This document shows positions 23,940 to 36,662 of a stretch of 64,000 nt of DNA, in pieces. Position 1 is the stretch's first letter. Every line of letters begins with the position of its first letter. Source of the DNA: Octopus vulgaris (taxonomy: Eukaryota); NCBI GenBank assembly GCA_951406725.2, contig OX597830.1:66092001-66156000 (forward strand). The letters are read 5' to 3'. Below the pieces are notes generated by a model, which ran no database searches, was not told where the DNA came from, and saw only the letters and a program-made list of their open reading frames with translations. A program made the position numbers and the translations under genes.

Positions 23940-26900
23940 AGTATACCGTGAAAATGTCTCACTAACAGCATGTATATGTGTGTGTCTGTGTTTGTCTCCG
24001 ACCACTACTTGACAGTCGGTGTTGATGTGTTTGCGTCCCTGTGACCTAGCAGTTCAGCAAAAGAGACTGATAGAATAAGTACCAGGCTTTACAAAAAAAA
24101 AAAAATACCAATTATTGTGGTCAATTTGTTTGATTAAAAAACTCTTCAAGGCAGTTTCCCAGCATAGCCACAGTCTGACTGAAACAAGTAAAAGATACAC
24201 ACACACACATACATCAAGTTTCCACACAGTTTCCGTCTACTAAATTCACTCAAAAAGTATTGGTTAGCCTGGGGCTCTAGTGAAGGTGCTTGCCCAAGGT
24301 GCTGCACAGTGGGACTAAACCCAAAAGTGAGCTGCTTAACCTCACAGTCATGCCTGTGCTTCAGTATTTATTATTCCTGCAAAATAAGTTCCTAACTGCT
24401 GACCATTTTCTTTGAGATATTGTCAGACAGGTTACTTGCACCAATGGCCTACCATAGTATCTGTGCCACCTACTATTCTTTCACTATATATTCCTAACAA
24501 GTACTTTCTTGATAGGAATAAATAAGGGACTTGTTAAGTCTGAACTGTATATATATATACAGGAAATGCTGCCAGAGACGCAGGAGTGGCTGTGTGGTAA
24601 GTAGCTTGTCTACCAACCACATGGTTCCGGGTTCAGTCCCACTGCGTGGCACCTTGGGCAAGTGTCTTCTACTATAGCCTCGGGCCGACCAAAGCCTTGT
24701 GAGTGGATTTGGTAGACGGAAACTGAAAGAAGCCCGTCGTATATATGTATATATATATATGCGTGTGTGTGTTTGTGTGTCTGTATTTGTCCCCCTAGCA
24801 TTGCTTGACAACCGATGCTGGTGTGTTTATGTCCCCGTTACTTAGCGGTTCGGCAAAAGAGACCGATAAAATAAGTACTGGGCTTACAAAAGAATAAGTC
24901 CCAGGGTCGAGTTGCTCCATTAAAGGCGGTGCTCCAGCATGGCCACAGTCAAATGACTGAAACAAGTAAAAGAGTAAAAGAGTATATATATATAGGAAGG
25001 GCATCCAGCTGTAGAAACACTGCCAGATCAGACTGGGCCTGGTGCAGCCTCTTGGCTTCCCACACCCCGGTCGAACCGTCCAATCCATGCTAGCATGGAA
25101 AGTGGACGTGGTTAGAGCTTTGGGCTCCCAATCATGAGGTAGTGAGTTCGATTCCCAGACTGGGCTATGTATTGTGTTCTTAAGCAAGACACTTTATTTC
25201 ATGTTTGCTCCAGTTCACTCAGCTGTGGAAATGAGTTGCACACCGGTGCCGAGCTGTATCAGTTTTTGCTTATTCCTTAGATAATATGGGTATCGTGGAG
25301 AAGGGAAGCTGGTATGCATGGGTGACTGTTGGTGGTATTTCGTAAACAACCTTGCCTGGACTTGTGTCTCGGAGGGTAACTTTCTCGGTGCAATCCCATG
25401 GTTGTTCATGACCGAAGGGGGTCTTTACCCATGTGGTCTTGGGTCCAGTCTCACTACACAGCACCTTGGACAAGCATTTTCTACTACAACCTTAGACTGA
25501 CCAAAGCTTTCTGAGTAGATTTGGTTGACAAAAACTGAAAGAATTCACAGCTCTGGGTGAGGGATGTGATTAGAATGTCACAGAAAATATTTGCCAATAC
25601 CAAATCTTCAGTCCAAGCCAACCAACTGGAGACACTAGGGGTAGACCAAGAACAGAATGGGTGGATAATATCCATAATCTCAGTTGGTCATGCTTAGGAA
25701 TCCAGCCAAAAAGTGTAATGATGGCTGCTTCTGATAGAACCCCATGAGGATGTGCCTGAGGACTCTACCCTCACAACCCTCCCATCCATACATCTCTCCC
25801 AAGGCAGAGATGGCTGGATGAAAATGGGTGAATCAATAACAGGAAGGGTGTCTAACTATAGAAAATCTACCTCAACAAATTCAATTTCATTCATCCAAGC
25901 ATGGAAAAATGGTTATTAAAGATGATGTGTATAGACTAGTATAGAAATAGTTGAAGTAATTGTAATTAGTATGGTTTGATGATAGTGTTTCCACACAACC
26001 AACAGTTTACTATGTATTAACCCTTTTGATACCAACTCACCTGAGGGCACACCTGGTTCTTTGTTACAAACTTTCTGATTTAAAATTATTAAAGTTAAAA
26101 TGTTACATCAAAATTTCAAGCACCATGTTAATAATTAGTTATTTAACAAAATTTTTTATTCATTTCCAAATGAATTGAAACAAAGGCAATGTATTTCGGC
26201 AGACATATGGGGACAAAAAGGTTAATTAGCACAGGCTGGCTTCTGGAATATCGAAGTTGCCGAGCCTTTGGGCACTTCTCAAGTATTTGATTAACTTTTT
26301 AGTCTGTATCCAATCAATTAACTGTGACTTTTTCAGTAATCACAAAAACAGTAGTAATAAACCAATGAGAGAGCCTGTACGCAGTCATCCAGCATGCTAG
26401 AAATGTCAACCAAGTCTCCTTCAAATCACATCTGACCATCTTAAAAATGAAACTACACATTGGATAGTGTGGTCAAACATATATAGGCATGGTTATGTGG
26501 TTAAAAAGCTCGCTTTGCAACCATGTGGTTTTGAGTTCAATTCCATTATGCAACACCTTTGGTAAATGTCTTCTAATCATCATCATCATCATCATTTAGC
26601 ATCCGTTCTCCATGCTAGCATGGGTTGGACGGTTCAACTGGGGTCTGTGAAGCTGGAAGGCTTCATCAGGCCCAGTCAGATCGGGCAGTGTTTCTACGGC
26701 TGGATGACCTTCTTAACGCCAACCACTCCGTGAGTGTAGTGGGTGCTTTTTACATGCCACCCGCACAGGTGCCAGACAGAGCTGGCAAACAGCCACGAAC
26801 AGATGGTGCTTTCACATGTCACCGGCATGGGGGCCAGGCGAGGCTGGCAACGGACACAAATGGATGGTGCTTTTACATGCCACCAATAATAAACAGAAAT

Positions 26901-29702
26901 GGTGTGGAAGCCTCGGTGTCTGTTTGTCACTCTCTCTCTCTCCCAACACCTGTTGACAACTAGTGTTGTTTATGTCCCTATGACTTAGCAGTTTGGCAAA
27001 AGAGTCTGATAGAATAAGTAAGTACTAAACTTTAAAAACGCATGTACTGAGGTTCATCTGTTCATCTAAAACCTTTCAAGTCAGTAATGTCCCAGCATGG
27101 TCACAGTCCAATGACTGAAACAAATAAGAGATAAATGAAAGGTGGAAAAAAAAAGTGGCATAACCAAGGCTAGGGTGACAGTGATCATAGGCATACAAGA
27201 TCAGTTTGACCTGGGGCTAAACAGCAGCAGGAACAAAAAAATTGTTAAGTCTAAATATGTAATGCAAGTTATTGTAAGGTGTAACTAGTGGAGGCACATG
27301 ATCGTAAGGTTGTGGTTTCAATACCTGGACTGGGCGAGGCGTTGTGTTCTTGAGCAAAACACTTCATTTCACAATTGCTCCAGTTCACTCAGCTGGCAAA
27401 CATGAGTAACGCTGCAATGGACCAGCGTCCCATCTGTCAGCATTATCATCATCGTTTAATTTCTGTTTTTCATGCTGGCATGGGTTGGACGGTTTTACTA
27501 AGGACTGGCAAGCCAGTAAGCTGCACCAGGCTCCAATCTTGATCTGGCAGAGTTTCTACACCTGGATACCCTTCCTAACACCAACCACTCCGAGAGTGTA
27601 GTGGGTGCTTTATACATGCCACCAGCATAGGAGCCAGTTAGGGGAGCACTGACTTCAACCACTTTCAGAAGGTGCTTTTCACATGTCACGGGCACAGAAG
27701 CCAGTCAGGGGCACTGGCATCAACCATATTCAGATGGGGCTTTTTACATGCCACTGGCACGGGGAGCCAGTCGAGGAGCACTGGCTTTCTTTGACCATGT
27801 TCAGAAGGTGATTTTTACATGTCACCAGTATGGGACCCAGTCAGAAGACGCTGGCATTGACCACATTCAGAAGGTGCTTTTTATGTGTCACCAGCATGGG
27901 GAGCCAGGTGGGGAATGGAAACCATGGAAACCAGCCCTTATGAGTTGGTATGACTGATAGAAACCATGGAAACCAGCCCTTATGAGTTGGTATGACTAGA
28001 GAAAAAAAAACTTTATATATTTCTTTCTTTTTATCGAATAAACTAGAATCCGGTAAGGTCAAGCCTATAAACTTAGATACTTTTGTAGAACTATTTACAA
28101 AGAGACTAACTTACTGACTTCAGTGTCAACTATTCAAATCTTTCTATTTGCTTTGTGTTGCTATTCTTTTATTCTTTTACTTGTTTCAGTCATTTGACTG
28201 CGGCCATGCTGGAGCACCACCTGTAGTCGAGAAAATCAACCCCAGGACTTATTCTTTTATTTTATCGTATTGGTCTCTTTTGCCAAACCACTAAGTTACG
28301 CGGCCATGAACACACTAGGATCGGTTGTCAAGTGATGTTGGGGGCACAGACACTCAAACATATACACATACACACACACACACACACACATATATCTATA
28401 TATGACAGGCTTCTTTCAGTTGCCATCTACCAAATCCACTCACAAGGCTTTGGACAGCCCGAGGCTATAGTAGAAGACACTTACTCAAGATGCCATGTGG
28501 CTGGTAAGCAAGCTACTTACCACACAGCCACTAGTTTTTTTGTTTTTTTTTATATAAGTTTACTAGTCTATCGGTACAGGGGCTGTGTGGTGGTGGTTGT
28601 TAAGAAGCTTGATTTGCAACCACATGGTTTCAGGTTCAGTCCCACTGCACAGCACATTGGGCAAGTGTCTTCTCCCATAACTCCAGACTGATCAATGCCT
28701 TGTAAATAAATCTGGTAAATGGAAACTGTGTGGAAGCCCATCATGTGTGTGTCTTTGTGTTTGTTACCCCACTAAATTACAACCAGAGTTGGTTTGTTTG
28801 CATCCTCTTAGTTTAGCATTTTGGCAAAAGAGACCAAAAGAAAAAGTATTTAAAAAAATAAGCACTGGGATTGATTTGTTTGAGTAAACCCTTCAAGACG
28901 GTGTCCCAGCATGGCCACTGTCCAATGACAGAAACAAGTAAAAACAAAAAATAAAGGTAATTTGAATAACAGATACTTAAACCAATTAATGGTGAACTTG
29001 AAGTAACACAATACAAAACTTGATCCGACAACTTTCATAATGATTTAGGTTCAAGCAACCCTACCAACCCACAATAATAGGAAAGTCGTTCTAATGACAT
29101 TTGAAAATGTATGATTATTTGGATTTGAACATGCATTTCTTCAATTTCTGCAATTTCAACCAATCACTGATGTCTATTGAGCTGAAAACATTCCGTGCCG
29201 TATGAATATGTCCCTCGTTTAAGAAACAGATTGGGTTTATTTACATTTCTGAAGAAAAAAAAGATACCCTTCCAGCTCGCAGTGATAGGAAAATTGTTAT
29301 GGTTAAGTGCAGGCGTGGCTGTGAAATTTGGAAATTTTGCTTCGTAACCAACATGGTCTTGGGTTCAGTCGATTTGTTCGACTAAAGGTGGTGCTTCAGC
29401 ATGGCCACAGTCAAATGACTGAGACAGGTAAAAGAATAAAAGAATATTTACCACATCTACACCTATTCCAACTTTTAAGCCGTAATTGCCATACCAAATT
29501 AGCATCAAATCTTCTTGTGTGCAAAGAATTAAATGATGTAAGTGTCTTTTACCGTAGCTGTGGACCAGTAAAAGCCTTGTGAGTAGATCTGGGTGCTGGA
29601 AACTAAAAGCCTGTTTTGTGAGTATATGTAATGTCATTGTCTTGATGTTGTGTGGTAATTGTAAATTACATCACTCTTATACAAACAGTCCTTTGTTGCT
29701 AA

Positions 29703-30079
29703 TCTCTTCTCTCTATATATAAACGGCAGTTTGTCTGTGTGTGTTTCTGTGTGTCTGTTAGCTTGTACCCTCACCCTGACCACGGCTTTCAACCGATTCT
29801 GATGAAACTTGACACACACATAGCCCAATGTCATAATTCAAAACTAACGCAGCGAAAATTTTGAAAAGTTCCCCAGTTCGGAAAAAAATCGATAAATTCG
29901 ACATGGGGTCGAGAATCAGAAACACAAACCACAGACTGTCTAGGGGACGCAACTCAACCTTTTTAACTAAAAAAAAAAATTTACCATCATTTTTTTCCCA
30001 TTTTTTGGCTATAACTCTCTAAAAATGCTTTATAGTTATTTCCCTTACAAACCCGAGCAACGCCGGGCGATACTGCTAG
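29703..30079 (+). mobile_element. Non-autonomous Helitron
   Basis: A|TC...tatatataaa start, hairpin cccgagcaacgccggg, CTAG|T end. Shares its 5' half with 42676-43107. Confidence 0.85.
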
Positions 30080-33000
30080 TCTTTCATAAAAAATACTTCT
30101 GGCCATGGGAAAATACTACCATGCTTGGAATCGAGCACTGGTTGGTAACAGGATGGGTATCTGGCTGTTGAAAATCTGCCTCCACAAATTCCGTCTGGCC
30201 TGTGCAAGCATAGAAAACATCATCATCATGTAATGTCCATTCTCCATGCTGGCTTGGGTTAGATGGTTTTCCAGGAGCTGGTAAACCGGACAGCTGGATC
30301 AGGCTCCAAAACATATCTGTTTTGGCATGGTTTCTGTGGCAGGATGCCCTTCCTAGGACCAACAACTTTACAAAGTGTACTGGTGCTTTTTACATGACAC
30401 CATCAACAGTGATTTATACATGGCAACAGCAGAGATGTTTTTAACATAGCACTAGAGACATGGATGTTGAAGCAAGAACAACAATGATGATGATGATGAT
30501 GGTGGTGGCGACGACGACGATAACTGTTTGAACAGACTTCCAACCTTTATTGTAGCTTAGAAAATGATGATAAAAAGATTAAAAACATATACAACATTCT
30601 GTGAGAGAAAAGATTGCATGTAGCAAGAGAAAAGATAAACTAGACTTCTTTTATGTTGTTGTTGATGACTCATGGGAGAATTGAAGTGAGATATTCATTT
30701 CGAGAAAATGTCATAAGTATTTGTATTGTGTAGGTCTTCATTTAAAATCGCATCTGCAATAGCTTTAGGTAGAAGCATAATGTTGGATATATCAGCAGAA
30801 TAATTCATGATTGCTGATCTAACCTTTTGCTGCATGTGAAATTTTAAATATTACTGACTTCTTTGCACATGAGAAGATTTGATGCTAATTTGGTGTGGCA
30901 ATTACGAATTAAAAGTTGGAATAAGTGTAGATGTGGTAAATATTCTTTTATTCTTTTACTTGTCTGAGTCATTTGACTGTGGCCATGCTGGAGCACCACC
31001 TTTAGTCAAATAAATCGACCCCAGGACTTATTCTTTGTAAGCCTAGTACTTGTTCTATCGGTCTCTTCTGCTGAACCACTAAGTTACAGGGACATAAACA
31101 CACCAACATTAGTGTTAAGCGATGGTGGGGGTGGGACAAATACATACATACAAACAAACAAACAATGGACTTTTTTCAATTTCTGTCTACCAAATTCACT
31201 CACAAGGCTTTTGTCAGCCCGAGACTATAGTTGAAAACACCTGCCCAAGGTGCCATGTAGTGGGACTGAACCCAAAATCATGTGGTTGTTATGCAAGCTT
31301 CTTACCACACAACCACTCCTACACCTATAAATCTGAAAGTTTTTTGCTTTGTTTTGTTTTTGTTTTTTTTTTCTTGCATCACTTGTTTCAGTCTTAGACT
31401 GTGGCCATGCTGGGGCACCACCTTGAAGAATTCTTTTAGTTGAACAAATTGACCCTAGTACTTTTTTTTCTTCTTTTTAGTGGTTCAGTTACTTAAAAAG
31501 CTGAACCACTAAATTATGGGGACGTAAACACCCCGACACTGGCTGTCAAGCAGTGGTGAGGTAAAGACAAAGATACACCCATATAACGACATGCTTCTTT
31601 TAATTTCTTCTTAATCCATTCGCAAAGCTTCGGTCAACCCAACGCTATAGTAGAAGACACTTGCCCAAGGTGCCACACGGTGGAACTGAACCTGGAACCG
31701 TGTGGTTGGAAAGCAAACTTCTTACCACAATTAGATTTTTTGAGCTTTATATCAGTTTAAAATTATAATTTCATGGTAGACGCACAACTGATATCCTAGT
31801 AGCATATTGACACCTGACCCATTTAATTATTCATGCATTAAATATCTGTTTTGCAAGCATTAAAACTAGTTTATATATAATGGGTTCTGTAAGAAGTGTC
31901 ATGTACTAAGCCAGTGGTTCTCAACCAGGGTACATATGAGATTTTCTTGTTCCGATTTGTGGTAAGAAGCTTGCTTCACAGCCACATGGTTTTAGGTTCA
32001 GTCCCATTGCATGGCACTTTGGGCATGGCACTATAGCCTCAGGCTGACCAAAGCCTTGTGAGTGGATTTGGTAGACGGAAACTGAAAGAAGCCTGTTGTG
32101 TGTGTGTATGTATCTGTGTGTATGTATCTGTGTGTATGTGTAGGTATCTGATTGAATGTGTATGTGTGTATGTATGTATGTATCTGTGTGTGTCCCACCA
32201 ACACTTGACAACTGATGTCAGTGTGTTTACATCCTTATGACTTAAGGGTTTGGCAAAAGAGACCAATAGAATAAGTACCAGGTTTAACAAAAAAAATAAG
32301 TACTGGAGTCAATTCATTCGACTAAAATTGTTCAAGGTGATGCCCCAGCATGGCCACAGTCTAGAAAAGATAAAATAAATTGGTTATACTTCTACAATAC
32401 ACAAAATATTTTAATCTTTTTTTATGTAATTTCTAATAATTTTTAATCATAAAACTACAGTACAATTTATTTTTGATTCATTGAATGGCTTTGGAGGTCC
32501 ATGGGGAGTAAAATAGGGATCAGTGGGGTCCACATGCAAAAAATGGTTGAGAACCATTTAATAATTCATGCATTAAATATTTATAGGTGCAGGAGCGGCT
32601 GTGTGGTAAGAAGTTTGCTTCACAACCACATGGTTCCGGGTTCAGTCTCACTATGTGGCACCTTGGGCAAGTGTCTTCTATTATAGCCTCAGGCTGACTG
32701 AACCGTTGTGAGTGGATCTGGTGTATGGAAACTGAAAGAAGCCCATCGTGTATATATATATATATGTGTGTGTGTGCATATATGTTTGTGTGCCTCTGTT
32801 TGTTCCCCCACTATCGCTTGGCTACCGATGTCCCCCATAACTTAGCAGTTCAGCAAAAGCGCTAGACTTACAAAGAATAAGTCCTGTGGAGTCGATTTCT
32901 TTGACTAAAGGCGATGCTCCAGCATGGCTGCAATCAGATGACTGAAATATGTAAAAAAACAAACTATTCTGCAAGCATTAAAACTGGTTTATGTAATAGT

Positions 33001-33879
33001 GGCTTCTGTAAGAAGTCATATGTACAAAACAAAGAAAGCAGACTTTGTCACATGGGTCATTAAATAAGCAAAGATAAAGAAATTATAATTCTCTTGAATA
33101 ACAGTGAATAAAACAATACTTATTAATAGCTAAAGTATTTGATCATTAAAATTTATATGATAGAGGTTACTGCGTTGCCCTGGGATGGAAAAATTAAGTG
33201 ATAATCTTTTTTATCTTGTAAGAAATGAGTCGCGTGAAGATTAAGAAAGAAATTTTAGAGGTTGAATGAAGGAGAAAGTATGAAAAATCATCATCATCAT
33301 CATGTTAATGTCTGCATGGGTGGTTTTGAAGTTTATTGAAACAGGTTTTCGACGACTGCATGCCTTTCCTGTCACCAACTCTCACCTGCTTTCAATTAAG
33401 GTAATGATATTTCCCCGTGCCTAAAAACATGTTTCTGCATGATATTGGAAATAAATAACACTGCTTGTATGATGGTGATGCTCATTTACAACTATCGTGT
33501 GATGTCAAGACACAAACCCACACATGCATGCTACATGTACATACATGCGTGCATGCATATATATATATATTGGCCTGCTCGCTTAGCCAGCAGGGTCGCA
33601 TCATTTGAAGGCTAAAACATTGTGAAGTGCATTGTGACCAGCAATATGTAGCAACATCTGATAGCCTGGTCGGTCACGGTGATTATGATGATATATATAT
33701 ATCCAAACAAAATTTAGAGGAATGATGTCTAAGTTTAGCATAAAGGGGTTGTCCACTTTAGTGGTCAGTCCTCTAAATTTTGTATGTAACACAATTTTTA
33801 ATCTTCGGATTTTTTAAATATGCTAAGCCACTGGTTTTAATTGATTAATATCAATTTCTACCCTTATTATCTAATCTTT

Positions 33880-33910
<31 letters not shown>

Positions 33911-33930
33911 TTCATTTATATCTCGCGTAT

Positions 33931-33990
33931 TTGCCGCTGAAGAGGGGAAATTTCTTATGAATTAACCCCGAAATTGGACCAATACGGTAA
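33931..33990 (+). ncRNA. Type I hammerhead ribozyme, apparently intact
   Basis: Stem I TTGCCG/CGGTAA; core CTGAAGA (33937-33943); stem II GGGG/CCCC; GAAA (33970-33973); stem III ATTG-gac-CAAT; cleavage triplet AUA ending at 33984. Confidence 0.8.
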
Positions 33991-34112
33991 TAACGAATTT
34001 TTTAGAGATTTCTATCGGTTTGTTTTGAGACGCATAAATTATAATGGTTATCAACAAAAATTTTTTGTTTCGGCATATTTGGCATTAGAATTTTTCTTCT
34101 GCCCTTATCTTG

Positions 34113-34161
<49 letters not shown>

Positions 34162-34549
34162 GCACACACACACACAAGAATGCATGTATGTACATATAAC
34201 AAGTTTCTTTCAGTTTCTATATAGCTAATCTGCTCACAAGACTTTGGTTAACCTGAGGCTATAGCAGAAAACACTTATCCAAGATGCCATGCAGTAGGAC
34301 TGAACCTGAAACGGTGTGGTTGGGAAGCAATCTCCTTTATCACATAACTACACCTGCACCTGGTTTGGTTAGTAAGGACTAAATGGAAAACTATATCAAG
34401 TTTAGTTTTCAATACTGTCTGAAACAGAACAACTGATTGGTTCATTTGAAATATTTTTATGCTCTTTGTCCAATGAGGTTATTGCTTTCAAATATAATGA
34501 AAAATGTTCTGTTGTGTCTGGGGAGAGTCATTTTCTTTTTGTGCCTTAT

Positions 34550-34736
34550 TATGTAACACACTCACCAGTAAAATTTCCACGTTTTTCTTATTTTTAGTGT
34601 CCTAAAATTTTCGTTCTTGCAACCTTTTCAATAGTTTTTACTCTCAAAACTATTGAAAAGGTTGGAAGACAACGAAAATTTTAGGACAATAAAAATAAGA
34701 AAAACGTGGAAATTTTACCAGTGAGTGTGTTACATA
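34550..34736. repeat. Near-perfect fold-back palindrome (~187 bp)
   Basis: tatgtaacacactcaccagtaaaatttccacg...cgtggaaattttaccagtgagtgtgttacata. Arms of about 90 bp with a short loop. Confidence 0.9.
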
Positions 34737-35269
34737 CAAGCACCAACAATTTGAACTTTTTGAAAGTCCAATAGATCTGTCACTTTAATGAATTTTAATT
34801 ACCTTTTTTTGATGATATTTGAAAAGAAACAGCAATTTTAGCAAAACACATTAAGCAATACTAATAATAAATCAAAAAATGTAAAAATAAACAAGCTTTT
34901 GATGGTTTTATAGATATTTCAAAATTATGATGCTAGGTGTTTCCATTATTTTGTCCAACCCCTATAAATATTAAATAGAGCCTGAGTGAGAAGTGAAAGT
35001 AGAGGAGATAAATGGCAAAGAGTGCATCGTATGAATGAGAAAGGAAGGGGTGATAGATAAATAACAAAGGAAGGGGTGAAAAAGCCGATAAACCGTGTTT
35101 GAAGTGTGAGTATATGTGTGTGTAAAAGAGAAGTATGTTTGCATGCGTGTGTGTGTATAGTAGAAATGAAATAATGTTCAACGCTGAAAATGTGTGTGAG
35201 TATATGTATGTGTGTGCATGTACAAGAGAACTATGTAAAACTTTACATGTAAGGTAAAGAAAATATTAA

Positions 35270-35462
35270 AAAATAATCCAGAATCCTTGTCTGGTAGGTG
35301 ATCGATCCCAAAATCTAATCAGTTCATGTCAGTCACAAGGCCAAACATTTCTGAAAGTTTTGTTAAAAATCTATTCAGTGGTTCTTGAGATATTTTCGCC
35401 ATGGACAGGCAAACAGATGCAACTGAAAACAATACCTCCGCCTTCGCTAAGGTGGAGGTAAC
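35270..35462. mobile_element. Helentron/HINE-like non-autonomous element
   Basis: Terminal hairpin tacctccgccttcgctaaggtggaggta and a body with ccaaaatctaatcagttc, as recalled for Helentron-associated short elements. Confidence 0.45.
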
Positions 35463-35667
35463 AAGTAACTTTATATAATAGAACCTAAAGCAGTTTGATA
35501 CCAAGGACACTGTTTGTCTGTTTTGTTTTGTTTTTAAGCCCAGAGCAATTGATGCAATTTGTATCAGTGATTATGTGTGTTGTTGTCTTGTAAAAAATTA
35601 CTTGAAATTGATAAATTTTAGAGCTATACTTAATTTAATATTTTTCTTTTTCCATTTGATTTTTCAG

Positions 35668-35729
35668 AGACTAAATGGGTACATACACCTGAATCCCTCT
35701 TGCAGGGGCATATAGCATATAATGTCAAG
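35668..35729 (+). CDS. GULP1: GULP1/CED-6 coding exon (start of PTB domain)
   Basis: Acceptor ttgatttttcag at 35667 and donor aag|gtaagt. 62 nt; after 2 nt it reads TKWVHTPESLLQGHIAYNVK, matching GULP1 as recalled ([20 protein letters not shown]). Absent from the ORF track. Confidence 0.93.
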
Positions 35730-35821
35730 GTAAGTTCCTTGTTGTTGTTGTTGTTGTGGTCATTGTCGTCGTGTGTGTGTAAGTGTGACAGATGTATTTA
35801 TACGTGTGGGTGTGATGTGTG

Positions 35822-35856
<35 letters not shown>

Positions 35857-36258
35857 ATACTAACAATAATGGATATTAAAAAGGTAGATGAAATATCACT
35901 TCTATTTTGTCTTCTAACTTTGCCATTGAAGAATTAATTCTTAGAACATTTAAAAAAAAATTTGTCAACATTTCTATCAGCATTCCCCTCACCAGGACCT
36001 GCTTCACATGTTCCCTTGTTGGTTGCGCAGGGCTGCTGACCCTACACCTACTACCCTCCTGTTGTCTCATCCAGGTTTGGAACCAGCAATTACAGAGTTA
36101 GTTATCTCACAGACTTTATAGATAAAATTTGAAAGCATTAAGCTTGTCATATCTTTCTTAAACAAAAAAAAATAACATTAAGATTATAACTTTTTTTTTT
36201 TATTTTGTCACATCAGTCTCATCTTTAGATATTGAAATATAAATGTAAATATTTTTAA

Positions 36259-36662
36259 AGGATCTTTTCGGTTTGAACAGCAATTTTTTCTAGCGGTGTC
36301 ATATGAAATTGTCACCCATAATTATGACCCTAGTACCGATCTATTGCATTTCAATCTGTTTTAGGGTTAGGGGTGGGGGAAAGGGTATCTTTTTTTTCTT
36401 CAGAAATGTAAATAAACCCAATCTGTTTCTTAAACGAGGGACATATTCATACAGCACAGAATGTTTTCAGCTCAATAGACATCAGTGATTGGTTGAAATT
36501 GCAGAAATTAAGCAATGAATATCTTACAAACTTTAGAATTTTCTCAGTAAATCCAAGAGAAAAAGATGTTTTATAAACACATTCTACCAGTATACGAAGT
36601 TAAAAATTTTTTAGTTACCTAGAAATTATGTTAAAAACTGCCGTTCAAACCGAAAAGATCCT
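36259..36662. mobile_element. MITE with ~28-bp TIRs
   Basis: aggatcttttcggtttgaacagcaattttt / aaaaactgccgttcaaaccgaaaagatcct. An internal segment recurs inverted at about 29130-29272. Confidence 0.8.

Noticed and set aside
27918-27997. Tandem duplication of gaaaccatggaaaccagcccttatgagttggtatgact
   Set aside because: A simple two-copy local duplication at a repeat boundary, with no evidence of function.
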